From Promethearchaeota archaeon (GTDB lineage: Archaea > Asgardarchaeota > Lokiarchaeia > Sigyniarchaeales > SOKP01), in assembly GCA_030603385.1 (NCBI GenBank), contig JAUVXW010000020.1, positions 1 through 64,000 on the forward strand: 64,000 nucleotides of DNA. The letters run 5' to 3'. Positions within the stretch are counted from its first letter, which is position 1. Every line of letters begins with the position of its first letter. The position numbers were made by a program, and so were the translations under genes. Below, piece after piece: positions 8,337-17,869 of this stretch. The notes beneath the pieces were generated by a model. The model ran no database searches. It was given only the letters and a program-made list of their open reading frames with translations, and was not told the origin of the DNA.

Positions 8337-8828
8337 ATGAGTTCTTTATCTGCAATACGACCCAAGAATTTCCGTGAAAAGGTTTTTTTCCGTCAACTCC
8401 GTTCTCAGGTAGATGGGAACGCGAAAGTTGAATATGGACTAACACAAATTAGAGGCGTCGGCAAAAGATTTGCACAAGCAATTGTTAGAGTGGCAGGAAT
8501 ATCTCCTACTATAAGAATTGGAGCAATTCCGGAAAAAGATTTAAATCGAATTGAAGAAATAATTTTGGATCCAATTGAAAGTGGGATCCCAAATTGGATG
8601 GTAAATAGATCTAAAGATTTGCGTACTGGGAAAGACCTTCATATTATCGGAAATAAATTAGACCTTTCATTAAAAAATGATATAGATAGAATGAAGAAAA
8701 TTAAATCTTATAAAGGTGTGCGCCACCATTTAAGATTAAAGGTACGTGGACAAAAAACAAAAAGTACTGGACGTCATGGGTTAGTTGTTGGAGTTATGCG
8801 AAGGAAAAAACGTCAACCAGCCCCTTAA
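8337..8828 (+). CDS. rps13: 30S ribosomal protein S13 (uS13)
   Basis: GLTQIRGVGKRFA, IPNWMVNR, SYKGVRH..LKVRGQKTKSTGR. Confidence 0.97.
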   Translation: MSSLSAIRPKNFREKVFFRQLRSQVDGNAKVEYGLTQIRGVGKRFAQAIVRVAGISPTIRIGAIPEKDLNRIEEIILDPIESGIPNWMVNRSKDLRTGKDLHIIGNKLDLSLKNDIDRMKKIKSYKGVRHHLRLKVRGQKTKSTGRHGLVVGVMRRKKRQPAP

Positions 8829-8841
8829 TACAGGTGATACT

Positions 8842-9360
8842 ATGGGAGATCCAAGAAGGTTAAAAAAGAAGTTTAGGAAACCTAAACATCCATTTCAAAA
8901 AGAGAGAATCATGGAAGAACTGGAATTCCTCGGTAAATATGGGCTAAGGAACAAAAGAGAATACTGGAAAAGTAGAACAATTTTAGCTGATTGGCGCCAT
9001 CTCGCAAGACAATCCAGAACCTTAACAAAAGAAAAAGCTATAGAGGTTCAGCAAGAACTAATTAGAAAATTAGATAGATTAGGAATTATTAGATCAGAAG
9101 CAAAATTTGAAGATGTACTTCTTCTAACGGTCGAAGACGTCTTAAAAAGAAGATTACAAACGCTTGTTTATGAAAAAGGATTCTCAAGTACAATCTATCA
9201 AGCAAGACAATATATAACTCATGGCCATATTCAAGTAGCAGGGAAAAAAATCAATGCTCCCTCATATATTGTTAAAAGAGCAGAAGAAGACTTCATCGAT
9301 TTTGCTCCTAATAGTCCACTCTCAAAACCGAATGAAATAAAAACTAAAAGTGAGGCATGA
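8842..9360 (+). CDS. rps4: 30S ribosomal protein S4 (uS4)
   Basis: [38 protein letters not shown] 8842 follows SD CAGGTGA; the track start at 8785 is too long. Confidence 0.97.
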   Translation: MGDPRRLKKKFRKPKHPFQKERIMEELEFLGKYGLRNKREYWKSRTILADWRHLARQSRTLTKEKAIEVQQELIRKLDRLGIIRSEAKFEDVLLLTVEDVLKRRLQTLVYEKGFSSTIYQARQYITHGHIQVAGKKINAPSYIVKRAEEDFIDFAPNSPLSKPNEIKTKSEA

Positions 9361-9758
9361 TGAGTAAAAGAGAAGAAACTAAATGGGCAATTGTACATAT
9401 TTTTTCGAGCTATAACAATACAATCGTAACTGCCACTGATTTAAGTGGGGCTGAAACCGTCGCAAAATGCACTGCGGGAATGGTGGTTAAAGCCAGCCGT
9501 GATGAGTCATCCCCCTACGCTGCTATGCAGTGTGGCTTCCGTGTTGCGAACGACCTTCGGGATAAAGGAATTAGAGGGATTCACATTAAAGTTCGGGCTC
9601 CCGGCGGAAATAAAAGCCAAACTCCTGGACCAGGGGCTCAAGCTTGCATACGGGCACTCGCTCGAGCCGGACTTCAAGTAGGGCGGATTGAAGAAGTAAC
9701 CCCTAAATCGCATGACCACTGTAGGCGCAAGGGCGGCCACAGGGGCCGTAGAGTTTAA
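9357..9758 (+). CDS. rps11: 30S ribosomal protein S11 (uS11)
   Basis: [44 protein letters not shown]. Confidence 0.97.
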   Translation: MMSKREETKWAIVHIFSSYNNTIVTATDLSGAETVAKCTAGMVVKASRDESSPYAAMQCGFRVANDLRDKGIRGIHIKVRAPGGNKSQTPGPGAQACIRALARAGLQVGRIEEVTPKSHDHCRRKGGHRGRRV

Positions 9759-9798
9759 TTTCCCTTAAGAAATGGCTCTGTTCAGGAAACCCATGAAT

Positions 9799-10254
9799 CT
9801 ATTTCTTTAAATCTGGCTTTTTTCTATTAAGGAACCTTTTCGCAAATTTTTCTTTTTGTTCAAGATACCAATTAATGTAGTCCTTTTGTCTTCTATCTTC
9901 TTCACTTCCATGGGATGGATACCAGATAAGATCTTTTTCTTGACATTCGACACAATACCAAATTTCGTGATCAGGGATATAAACCATATCCCTATCTGAA
10001 TTTGTGCATAGAGGACACTTGCAGATAGATTTGCTTAGCAAACCAAAAAGATTAGTGATTTTGGCTTCTAAAATGGCTGACTCTTTTTCTTCCTCCTCTG
10101 GTGTTAAATTTGACCAGTCTTCATATAAATTATCAAAATTCTGTAATATTTCAATCTCATCAAAAAGAGCTAAAATAATAATATCTCTGAAGCTATTTCT
10201 TACTTTTCTTAGCTTTTCATTCCGTATGATAATTTTTTTTTCATGTTTTAGCAT
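9799..10254 (-). CDS. Hypothetical protein with a Zn-ribbon (CPLC...WYCVEC)
   Basis: 151-aa ORF with paired CxxC motifs. Confidence 0.65.
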   Translation of the reverse strand: MLKHEKKIIIRNEKLRKVRNSFRDIIILALFDEIEILQNFDNLYEDWSNLTPEEEEKESAILEAKITNLFGLLSKSICKCPLCTNSDRDMVYIPDHEIWYCVECQEKDLIWYPSHGSEEDRRQKDYINWYLEQKEKFAKRFLNRKKPDLKK

Positions 10255-10295
10255 GATAGTAAGGATTGGAAAAATTATATAAAAAAAAAAAAAAT

Positions 10296-10784
10296 TTAGA
10301 ATTTAATTTTCATGTGTCCGTGAGTTAAAAGATTTGGTGAGTCGAAGAAGAGTCGATTTAAAATGTGTGTGTTTAAATGTGGAGCTGGTCGTCCTTTATC
10401 TATCCATTCCTGCATCATTTTCTTAATTTCTTGTTCTATATGACCCTTGGGAACATTTTTAAAAAACCTATCAAGTATATAGTTGTTTCCCTGTTTACCA
10501 GTAAAGAATTTTATGATGAATTTCTCTACACCGTTTTCAATTAAATAATTCCGTCTTTTGATGTATTGTTGCCAATGTTCTTGCCAGTTTGTTAAATTGA
10601 TTTTATAGTATTGAGGACATTCCAAGGTTAAATTAATTCTAATTTTAATTAAGTATAGAATTAAATCAGTTTTACCTTCTAAAGCATAATGGTTCATATG
10701 CATAACGAGTACTAACCTATTAAGGTCGATTGAATGTTTATCATTTATAAAAATATGATGCCTTTCAAAAGTGTGTGATTCCAT
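10296..10784 (-). CDS. Hypothetical protein with an HNH-like His motif; probably a 5'-truncated fragment
   Basis: FERHHIF...NRLVLVMHMNH. The frame stays open upstream to TAG 10920-10922, and an in-frame ATG lies at 10946. Confidence 0.45.
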   Translation of the reverse strand: MESHTFERHHIFINDKHSIDLNRLVLVMHMNHYALEGKTDLILYLIKIRINLTLECPQYYKINLTNWQEHWQQYIKRRNYLIENGVEKFIIKFFTGKQGNNYILDRFFKNVPKGHIEQEIKKMMQEWIDKGRPAPHLNTHILNRLFFDSPNLLTHGHMKIKF

Positions 10785-11166
10785 GATACTAGTTTTTTTA
10801 AAAGCTTCAGGTTTAATTGGTTCAAGATTTAGAATATCGAGACCTAAATCGTTAAATAGGAGGTGACTCCTACCTAAAAATGAAAGATCCCAACAAAGAG
10901 GTGAGTTGTTTGTGTAATTCTACCAAAGGTGGTTAGTAGGAGTCATAATTTAGATGTTATTTTTTGATTTGAATATTTATCGTTTTGATTATTTTTAAAT
11001 AAAAAATTTCCTGAATGGTAAATTCAGTGTCTGATTTCAATGAAAATCCTATGGAAAAACTAAACAATAACTATGAACTCCGCTAAAAAAAATAAAGAGA
11101 ATTAATTAAATAGACAATTTTAAAAAATCTAATAATGAAAAATAAAAAAAAATAATTTTTTTTTAA

Positions 11167-14100
11167 TTACGTAACTTCATTTGCTCGTCTCCTTTTACGC
11201 AATAGGATTATTGAAACTCCAGCTATTCCTATTCCTCCTGCAATTGTTAAGCTTGCAATAATGGTTATGGTGAGAGGAAATTCCTCAGTAGGTGTTCCAA
11301 TATCTTCTTTTTCTGTAACTATTATCAATACTATATCGCTTACACTATTACCAGCTTCGTCGTAGACTGTACAATTAAATATATATGTTCCACTTGGCAG
11401 TCCATCAACATTCACAATTATAGAGCTACCATCCCACAAAGCATCCTCAATAACAGTGCTATTTCTTATAATAATATAAGAGTATGGGTTGATATCACTA
11501 GGATTCCAACTAATAATATGACCTGTAGAATCCTCCTCGTAGGTTATATCTTCTGGAGTGTCAATAATTGGAGGTGTGGTGTCTATATTTAGAGTAAATG
11601 GGCTAGGATAGGAACCTTGATTTCCCGCATAATCAACAGCACAAACCCTCCAGTACCAAGTACCATCAGATAAAGTAGAAACAGGGATATAACTAGTAGA
11701 AGCGACTGTAATATTTATAAGGTTTGGCGAATCGAAATTTAGCGAAGTATCTAGTTGAAATATATAATAGTTAATATCTGAAACACTACTCCATATGAAC
11801 GTAGGCCTATTATCATTAACGGTAATGATATTATCAGGAGAGATCAGGGTAGGTGTACCTGGCGGTAAAGTGTCTATATTTAGAGTAAATGGGCTAGGAA
11901 AGGAACCTTGATTTCCCGCATAGTCGACAGCGCAAACCCTCCAGTACAAAGTACCATCAGATAAAGTAGAAAAATGGGAATAACTGGTAGATCCAACAAC
12001 AACATTTATAAAGTCAGGTGAATTGAAGTTTAACGAGGTATCTAGTTGAAATATATAATAGTCAATATCTAAAACACTACTCCATGTGAATGTAGGCCTA
12101 TTATCATTAACGGTAGTGTTATTGTCAGGAGAGATCAGAGAAGGAGTGCCTGGTGGTGTAGTATCAACCCAAAAGAGATAGAAATCTGGATATGGACCCT
12201 GATTACCAGCTTGATCAACAGTACAAACCCTCCAATACCAAACATCGTCAAAAAGCGAAGTAGTTAATGTATAAAATGTAGAGTAAATATCACTAATTGT
12301 GATAAGATAGATACTATTGAAGTTAGGGTTATTGTCTACTTGTAATATATAATAATCAGCATCTAAAACACTGCTCCAAGAAAAAGTGGGTGTGTCATCG
12401 TTGGTTTCAGAAATATCCGGAGGAGAAATCAAATTAGGAGGATTCGGTAGTGAGGTATCTATAGTTAGAGTATAAGGGCTTGAATAAGAACCTTGATTAC
12501 TTGCAGAATCAACAGCGCAAACCCTCCAATACCATATATCATCAGATAAAGCAGAAGTTATGGTATAAGTAGGAGAAACAATATTACTAAAAGTAATGGG
12601 ATCAGAAAAAGAATCAGATATATCTAACTGTAAGATATAGTAATCAGCATCAAAAATACTGCTCCAAGAAAAAGTGGGGGTATTATCATTAATAATACTG
12701 TTATTGCTAGGAGAAGTCAAAAAAGGAGGATTAGGTAGTGTAATATCTATTTCAACGCTTCTAGTGGTTGAAAATAACCCTAAATTTCCTTCTGAATCGT
12801 TTGCACCAACCCTCCAGTACCATATACCTTCAGATAAGGGAGATAATGGAGTATAACTTGTAGAAATAACCTTAGCGTTTATAAGATTTGGAGAATTGAA
12901 ATTATTCGATACATCCAACTGAATAAAGTACTTTGTAGCGCCTAAAACACTTTCCCACTCAAAAGTAGGTGTATTATCATTAATACTCGATCCATTTAGA
13001 GGAAATAACAATGAAGGAGGATTTAAACCTGTGTTAAAAGTAATAGTAAGATTGAATATTTTTGATGTTATTAATACATTTGATGTCTGTAAAACTGCCT
13101 TCCATTTCAACTGATATCCATCGTTTGTAAAGTAATGCTTTAAACCTGGAGTAACAAGCTCCCAATTTAAACCATTATCTGGTGAAAGAAAATAAGTAAT
13201 AGATGTATCTAAAGGTGAATAGGCGTTAGAAACAATAGTTGCATTAACCAATGATATATCGCTGGAACCAGAGAAGATCGCTAAGGACTGGGCAATAGCA
13301 AGAAACTCAAACTGACGACATTTATTCCTCATTACTTCAATAATCTGTAACCCAGAATCATAATCTGCTACATAGGCATAATCCCCGGATATAAAAACAT
13401 CGATAGAATTACCAGCTGTATCCAAAGAACCTTCAATTATTGGATTTGCTGGATTAGTAATATCAAAAACTATGAACCCAATATAATTAGCTACATAAGC
13501 GCGATCACCTGAGACATAAATACCATAGGCTGAACCCGATACATCTTTTGTCCCAAATAGAATAGGTTTTGTAGGATCTGTAATATCGATAACCTGTAAA
13601 CCTCTATAATCGTCAGATATATAAGCATAATCACCAGAAACAAAAATTCCCTTAGCATATCCTGGAGTATCATATGAGCTTGTAAGATTAGGGTTTGTTG
13701 GATCGGTAATATTAATAATCTGTAACCCAGAACCATAATCCGCTACGTAGGCATAATCACCAGAGATAAAAATATCATATGATAGATCAGGAGTATCACA
13801 TGATCCAGCAAGAGTTGGGCTTGTAGGGTCTGTGATGTCAACAACTTGTAATCCCGAGGACCACCCAGCTACGTAAGCATAATCACCAGAAATGAAAATA
13901 CTAGCAGGTGAATTGGGTGTAACACAGGACCCGGCGAGAACTGGACTTGTAGGATCGGTAATATCAACAACCTTTAGTCCAGAAGACCAGTCACATACAT
14001 AAGCGTAATCACCAGAGATAGAGACAGCCCTAGCATAACCACCAATATCACAAAACCCAGCAAGAACAGGATTAGTAGGATCAATAATATCAATAACTTG

Positions 14101-15384
14101 TAAACCAGAGTAGTCATCAGCAACATATGCATAATCTCCAGAGACACAAACTCCAAAAGCGTAATTAGGGGTATCACAAGAGCTCACAAACGTAGGATCA
14201 ACTGGATCACTTATTTGAATAATCATCATCCCATTATAATCGTCGGCTATATAAGCGTATTCACCAAAAACAACAACTTTTTGAGCCCAACCTCCTGTAT
14301 TATATGAACCAGCAAAAGTTGGAATAATAGGATCACTAATATTAAAAACTAATAAACCAGTACCATAATCCGCTACGTAAGCATAATCACCAGAGACAAA
14401 AACACCCATAGCATTATCAGGTGTGTCATAAGTACCAGCTAGACTAGGAGCTGTAGGATCACTAATATCAATAATTTGTAGACCAGATCCTCCATCCGCT
14501 ATGTAGGCATAATCACCGGAAACAAAAACACCTTGAGCATTATGAGGTGTATTATAGACCCCAGCCGAAAAAGGAGCTGTGGGATTGCTGATATCAACGA
14601 TCCGTAAACCATTAACAAGTCCATAATCAGCGATATAGGCATAATCACCAGAAACAAAAACTTCCATAGCCCTACCTGGAGTATTATAAGTGCCAACAAT
14701 AGTAGGGTTCGTAGGATCTTTGATATCTATAACTCTTAACCCGTCATATCCATCAGCTACATAAGCATAATCGCCAGAAACGAAAACATCAAGGGAATAA
14801 CCTCCATAATTAAAGGTGGTAATGAGAGTAGGGTTGAATGGATTGCTAACATTAAAAATCCGTAAACCTTTGCTATATGTTATTAAATAAGCAATATCAC
14901 CAGAAATGAAAATCCCATAATAATTGCCCAGTATTTCCCAAGAACCAATATATTTAGGATGTTTTGGGTCACTGATATTAGCAATCCATAATCCATAATT
15001 AAAATCTGATAGATAAGCGTAATCACCAGACACAAAGACATCCATCACCCAACCTCGAGTACCAAACTTACCCCCATATATTGGACGCTTTCGTGGAAGT
15101 TCAATAGTTCCCGATCCCCATCCCGTAACGTTTGTATTAGAGGAATCCATATCGACTGTTGTTGTGAAATCTTCAGAATAAACGTATGAGGCCGCAGTAG
15201 CAAATGGTATTTCTACAGAGATAATCAATATTGAAATAAATAAAATTATGATAATCAGAAGAACCTTTCCTTTACTTAGTATTGAATGTGTAATTCTCTT
15301 CTCATTGTGTGAAATAGTTTTTCTATTTTTTAAAAGATTAAAAATCCTGAGAAAATTCTGTTTTTTTTTAATTATATTTTTCAC
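11167..15384 (-). CDS. Large cell-surface protein: 14 LVIVD repeats (probably two 7-bladed beta-propellers), 5 FN3/Ig-like repeats, one further Ig-like domain, C-terminal TM anchor
   Basis: 14 copies of VxVSGDYAYVAD..GLxIIDIxDPxxP; 5 copies of PxLxSP..xPTFxW...YWRVxxxDxxxN; N-terminal signal/TM; C-terminal TM followed by RKRRR. Confidence 0.9.
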   Translation of the reverse strand: MKNIIKKKQNFLRIFNLLKNRKTISHNEKRITHSILSKGKVLLIIIILFISILIISVEIPFATAASYVYSEDFTTTVDMDSSNTNVTGWGSGTIELPRKRPIYGGKFGTRGWVMDVFVSGDYAYLSDFNYGLWIANISDPKHPKYIGSWEILGNYYGIFISGDIAYLITYSKGLRIFNVSNPFNPTLITTFNYGGYSLDVFVSGDYAYVADGYDGLRVIDIKDPTNPTIVGTYNTPGRAMEVFVSGDYAYIADYGLVNGLRIVDISNPTAPFSAGVYNTPHNAQGVFVSGDYAYIADGGSGLQIIDISDPTAPSLAGTYDTPDNAMGVFVSGDYAYVADYGTGLLVFNISDPIIPTFAGSYNTGGWAQKVVVFGEYAYIADDYNGMMIIQISDPVDPTFVSSCDTPNYAFGVCVSGDYAYVADDYSGLQVIDIIDPTNPVLAGFCDIGGYARAVSISGDYAYVCDWSSGLKVVDITDPTSPVLAGSCVTPNSPASIFISGDYAYVAGWSSGLQVVDITDPTSPTLAGSCDTPDLSYDIFISGDYAYVADYGSGLQIINITDPTNPNLTSSYDTPGYAKGIFVSGDYAYISDDYRGLQVIDITDPTKPILFGTKDVSGSAYGIYVSGDRAYVANYIGFIVFDITNPANPIIEGSLDTAGNSIDVFISGDYAYVADYDSGLQIIEVMRNKCRQFEFLAIAQSLAIFSGSSDISLVNATIVSNAYSPLDTSITYFLSPDNGLNWELVTPGLKHYFTNDGYQLKWKAVLQTSNVLITSKIFNLTITFNTGLNPPSLLFPLNGSSINDNTPTFEWESVLGATKYFIQLDVSNNFNSPNLINAKVISTSYTPLSPLSEGIWYWRVGANDSEGNLGLFSTTRSVEIDITLPNPPFLTSPSNNSIINDNTPTFSWSSIFDADYYILQLDISDSFSDPITFSNIVSPTYTITSALSDDIWYWRVCAVDSASNQGSYSSPYTLTIDTSLPNPPNLISPPDISETNDDTPTFSWSSVLDADYYILQVDNNPNFNSIYLITISDIYSTFYTLTTSLFDDVWYWRVCTVDQAGNQGPYPDFYLFWVDTTPPGTPSLISPDNNTTVNDNRPTFTWSSVLDIDYYIFQLDTSLNFNSPDFINVVVGSTSYSHFSTLSDGTLYWRVCAVDYAGNQGSFPSPFTLNIDTLPPGTPTLISPDNIITVNDNRPTFIWSSVSDINYYIFQLDTSLNFDSPNLINITVASTSYIPVSTLSDGTWYWRVCAVDYAGNQGSYPSPFTLNIDTTPPIIDTPEDITYEEDSTGHIISWNPSDINPYSYIIIRNSTVIEDALWDGSSIIVNVDGLPSGTYIFNCTVYDEAGNSVSDIVLIIVTEKEDIGTPTEEFPLTITIIASLTIAGGIGIAGVSIILLRKRRRANEVT
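11580..12150 (-). repeat. Near-identical tandem ~290-nt intragenic duplication (FN3-like repeats 4 and 5)
   Basis: Two copies of GTGTCTATATTTAGAGTAAATGGGCTAGGA...GGAACCTTGATTTCCCGCATA and GTAGGCCTATTATCATTAACGGTA. Confidence 0.8.
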
Positions 15385-15500
15385 TAAATTTCACCCAAAA
15401 ATTATTGGATTATGTAATAATTTGGCAAAAAAGTATTTAACATTTTTGTATATAACTCTTCTATTGTTCAAAAATGAAAATAACTTATAGATCACATCTT

Positions 15501-15689
15501 TCATCGAACATGGCGATCTTTGCCAATTCTTTCGATTCCGAATACTTGATTACCAGAAGGGCAAATAAGCGTGAAGTCTTTGAAAGATCCTGCGTAATGC
15601 GGGATTTCTTCCAAATCTACAATCGCTTTGTATTCTTCGCACTTGTGACAGAAAACCCAATATCTTTTGAGGTCGGTCATATGTTTCAC
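15501..15689 (-). CDS. Small putative Zn-binding protein
   Basis: 62 aa with CHKC...CPSG. Confidence 0.5.
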   Translation of the reverse strand: MKHMTDLKRYWVFCHKCEEYKAIVDLEEIPHYAGSFKDFTLICPSGNQVFGIERIGKDRHVR

Positions 15690-15942
15690 TAAATTAAAAT
15701 TACATTTCTTATTCTAAATTAAGCAATTTAAATGACTAATAAATTAAATTAAAAGAATGACCAATAAAATATTTGTTAGCAATATCGTCTTCCCTAACCT
15801 CTTTAAATATTGGGTCGAAAAATCAAACTTCAATTTAATATTAAACAAAAATGTCAAATTTTAAATACTAGAAAAAAGTAACTGAAATTTGATATTCTAT
15901 CTAAACCAATAATGTTATTTTATTTATGAAATTGAATTTAAG

Positions 15943-16611
15943 GTGTCAAAGTTGAAAAATGTTAAAAAAATAATAATAGGTTTGTTTATCATATTATTAT
16001 TCCTCCCGTTTTTTAGTCCCAATGCGATAAGTGCTACAACTATAGGAGATACAACCTTTCCAGCTGATGTTGGAAAAACATATACATGGAAAGTTACTTA
16101 TCCTGCTGAAACTAAAGGCTATAAAATTACTTTTAAATCTGAATCAATAGAGAAAGGCGTACATAATACTATAGATGCATTAATGGTAAATTGTACAATA
16201 AGACAATATCATCCTTTAACGGGATGGTCTACCACGTCGGACAATGAATTATATATGGCTGCTAATAATACTCAAAATTATCTTTACTTTGGCGATTACA
16301 TGTTCTTCCCAAATATAATACCAACACCTATAGATCTAACATTAGTAGCTGAAGCTATGTATGCTAATAACTATTCTATTGTTGATAATACAATTATTGA
16401 AACCTTTTTGGGAGATACGGATGAATATACCTTTAATACTGATGGTTTTTTAACTTCATACGTATCGAAAGAGGACGGAGAAATGGTTCTTAAGTTTGTC
16501 TTAGCTACTGGTGATGGTGGAGCTGCAGTTCCTTTTGGGAATTATTTCTTAATTTTCATGGTCATCGGTGTTGTGGCATTGGTATATCTTAAAAAGCAGA
16601 AAATTAAATAA
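15943..16611 (+). CDS. Secreted/surface protein, tandem paralog 1, C-terminal VPFGNY-TM-basic signal
   Basis: Signal peptide, N-glycosylation sequons (NCT, NNT, NYS), C-terminus AVPFGNYFLIF...LKKQKIK. Confidence 0.8.
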   Translation: MSKLKNVKKIIIGLFIILLFLPFFSPNAISATTIGDTTFPADVGKTYTWKVTYPAETKGYKITFKSESIEKGVHNTIDALMVNCTIRQYHPLTGWSTTSDNELYMAANNTQNYLYFGDYMFFPNIIPTPIDLTLVAEAMYANNYSIVDNTIIETFLGDTDEYTFNTDGFLTSYVSKEDGEMVLKFVLATGDGGAAVPFGNYFLIFMVIGVVALVYLKKQKIK

Positions 16612-17006
16612 TTTTATTTTTTATTTTTTAGAATTTATAATATAATGAATAAGAAATATTAAGAATAATTAACCCTACTTCAAAACATCAATTCAGAATA
16701 ATAATTCCATATGGTAGACTTTGACTAATATTTATAAAACAAGCCAGGTTCTTGAATTGAAAGATTCACCTTCTTTAGAGCACTTAATTATTGATATATT
16801 TAAAGGTCGTTGATGGAAGTAATTCAGCGGAGAATTAAGATGTTTTTAAAAATAGAATTTAAAAAATATAAATATTACCTCGAAAAATCAAACTTCAATT
16901 TAATATTGAACAAAAATGTTAAATTTAAATAATAGAAAAAAGTATTTTAAATTTGATATTCAATCTAATCCAAAAATGTTATTTTATTTATGAAATTCAA
17001 TTTAGG

Positions 17007-17666
17007 GTGTCAAAGTTGAAAAAGGTTAAAAAAGTAATAATAGGTTTGTTTATCGTATTCTTCTTCTCGTTTTTTAGTCACAATGCGATAAGTGCTACAA
17101 CTATAGGAGATACAACCTTTCCAGCTGATGTTGGAAAAACATATACATGGAAACTTACTTATCCTTCTGAAGCTAAAGGTACGAAATTTACTTTTACAAC
17201 TGAATCATTAGAGAAAGGTGTACATAATACTATAGATGCATTAATGGTAAATTGTACAATGCGAGCATATAATCCTATGGTTGGATGGATTACTTTTTTA
17301 GAGAATGAATTATATATGGCTGCTAATAAGACTCAAAATTATCTTGTTTTTGAAAATTACAATTACCCCGTTATAATAACAACACCCATAAATCTAACAT
17401 TAGTAGCTGAAGCTATACATGCTTCTAACTATTCTATTGTTGATAATACAATTATTGAAAACTATATATCTGGAATTTCGTATGAATTTACCTTTAATAC
17501 TAAGGGTTTTTTAACTAAAGGAATATTAAAACAGGACGGAATAATATATTTGAAGTTTGTCTTAGCTACTGGTGATGCTGCAGTTCCTTTTGGGAATTAT
17601 TTCTTAATTTTCATAGCCATCAGTGTTATAGCATTAGTATATCTTAAAAAGCAGAAAATTAAATAA
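17007..17666 (+). CDS. Secreted/surface protein, tandem paralog 2
   Basis: GTG 17007 is homologous to the paralog 1 start; highly similar sequence and the same C-terminal signal. Confidence 0.8.
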   Translation: MSKLKKVKKVIIGLFIVFFFSFFSHNAISATTIGDTTFPADVGKTYTWKLTYPSEAKGTKFTFTTESLEKGVHNTIDALMVNCTMRAYNPMVGWITFLENELYMAANKTQNYLVFENYNYPVIITTPINLTLVAEAIHASNYSIVDNTIIENYISGISYEFTFNTKGFLTKGILKQDGIIYLKFVLATGDAAVPFGNYFLIFIAISVIALVYLKKQKIK

Positions 17667-17773
17667 TTTTTTTTTAAATTTCTATTTAAGAATTTTTAAA
17701 TGCATCTAAAAAATCTTTCATTCTAAACCTATATAAACACTATCTATATTTTTTATTTTTTAATAATCGAAGA

Positions 17774-17832
17774 GGCTGACCTCACTCTCGGAGATCTGCT
17801 CGATCTTAATCTCTGGATGGATGTTAGTTTAA
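17774..17832. terminator. Relatively GC-rich hairpin between convergent genes (possible terminator or 3' structure)
   Basis: GGCTGAC...GTTAGTT arms enclosing GAGATC/GATCTT. Confidence 0.3.
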
Positions 17833-17869
17833 AAAAAAAATGTAATTTGAGTGGGTGGAAAAGGGAGAA

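Larger units (their letters stand above)
15815..17670 (+). repeat. Tandem duplication of a promoter-plus-gene unit (15815-~16615 and 16880-~17670)
   Basis: Both units begin TCGAAAAATCAAACTTCAATTTAATATT about 127 nt upstream of the start codon and stay similar through the stop codon. Confidence 0.88.

Noticed and set aside
9445-9740. Overlapping ORFs 9445-9681(+) and 9507-9740(-) inside rps11
   Set aside because: Expected by-products of the local high GC content (few stop codons); no recognisable protein features.
10920-10922. Pyrrolysine read-through of the in-frame TAG
   Set aside because: No pyl genes or methylamine methyltransferase context in the window; decay or a uORF is simpler.
13300-15050. 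CRISPR-like periodic repeats (GCATAATCACCAGA about every 125 nt)
   Set aside because: These are coding LVIVD repeats, degenerate at third codon positions; no cas genes or unique spacers.
15943-17666. Diversity-generating retroelement template/variable repeat pair
   Set aside because: Differences are not adenine-specific, both copies are full genes with duplicated upstream regions, and no reverse transcriptase is present.
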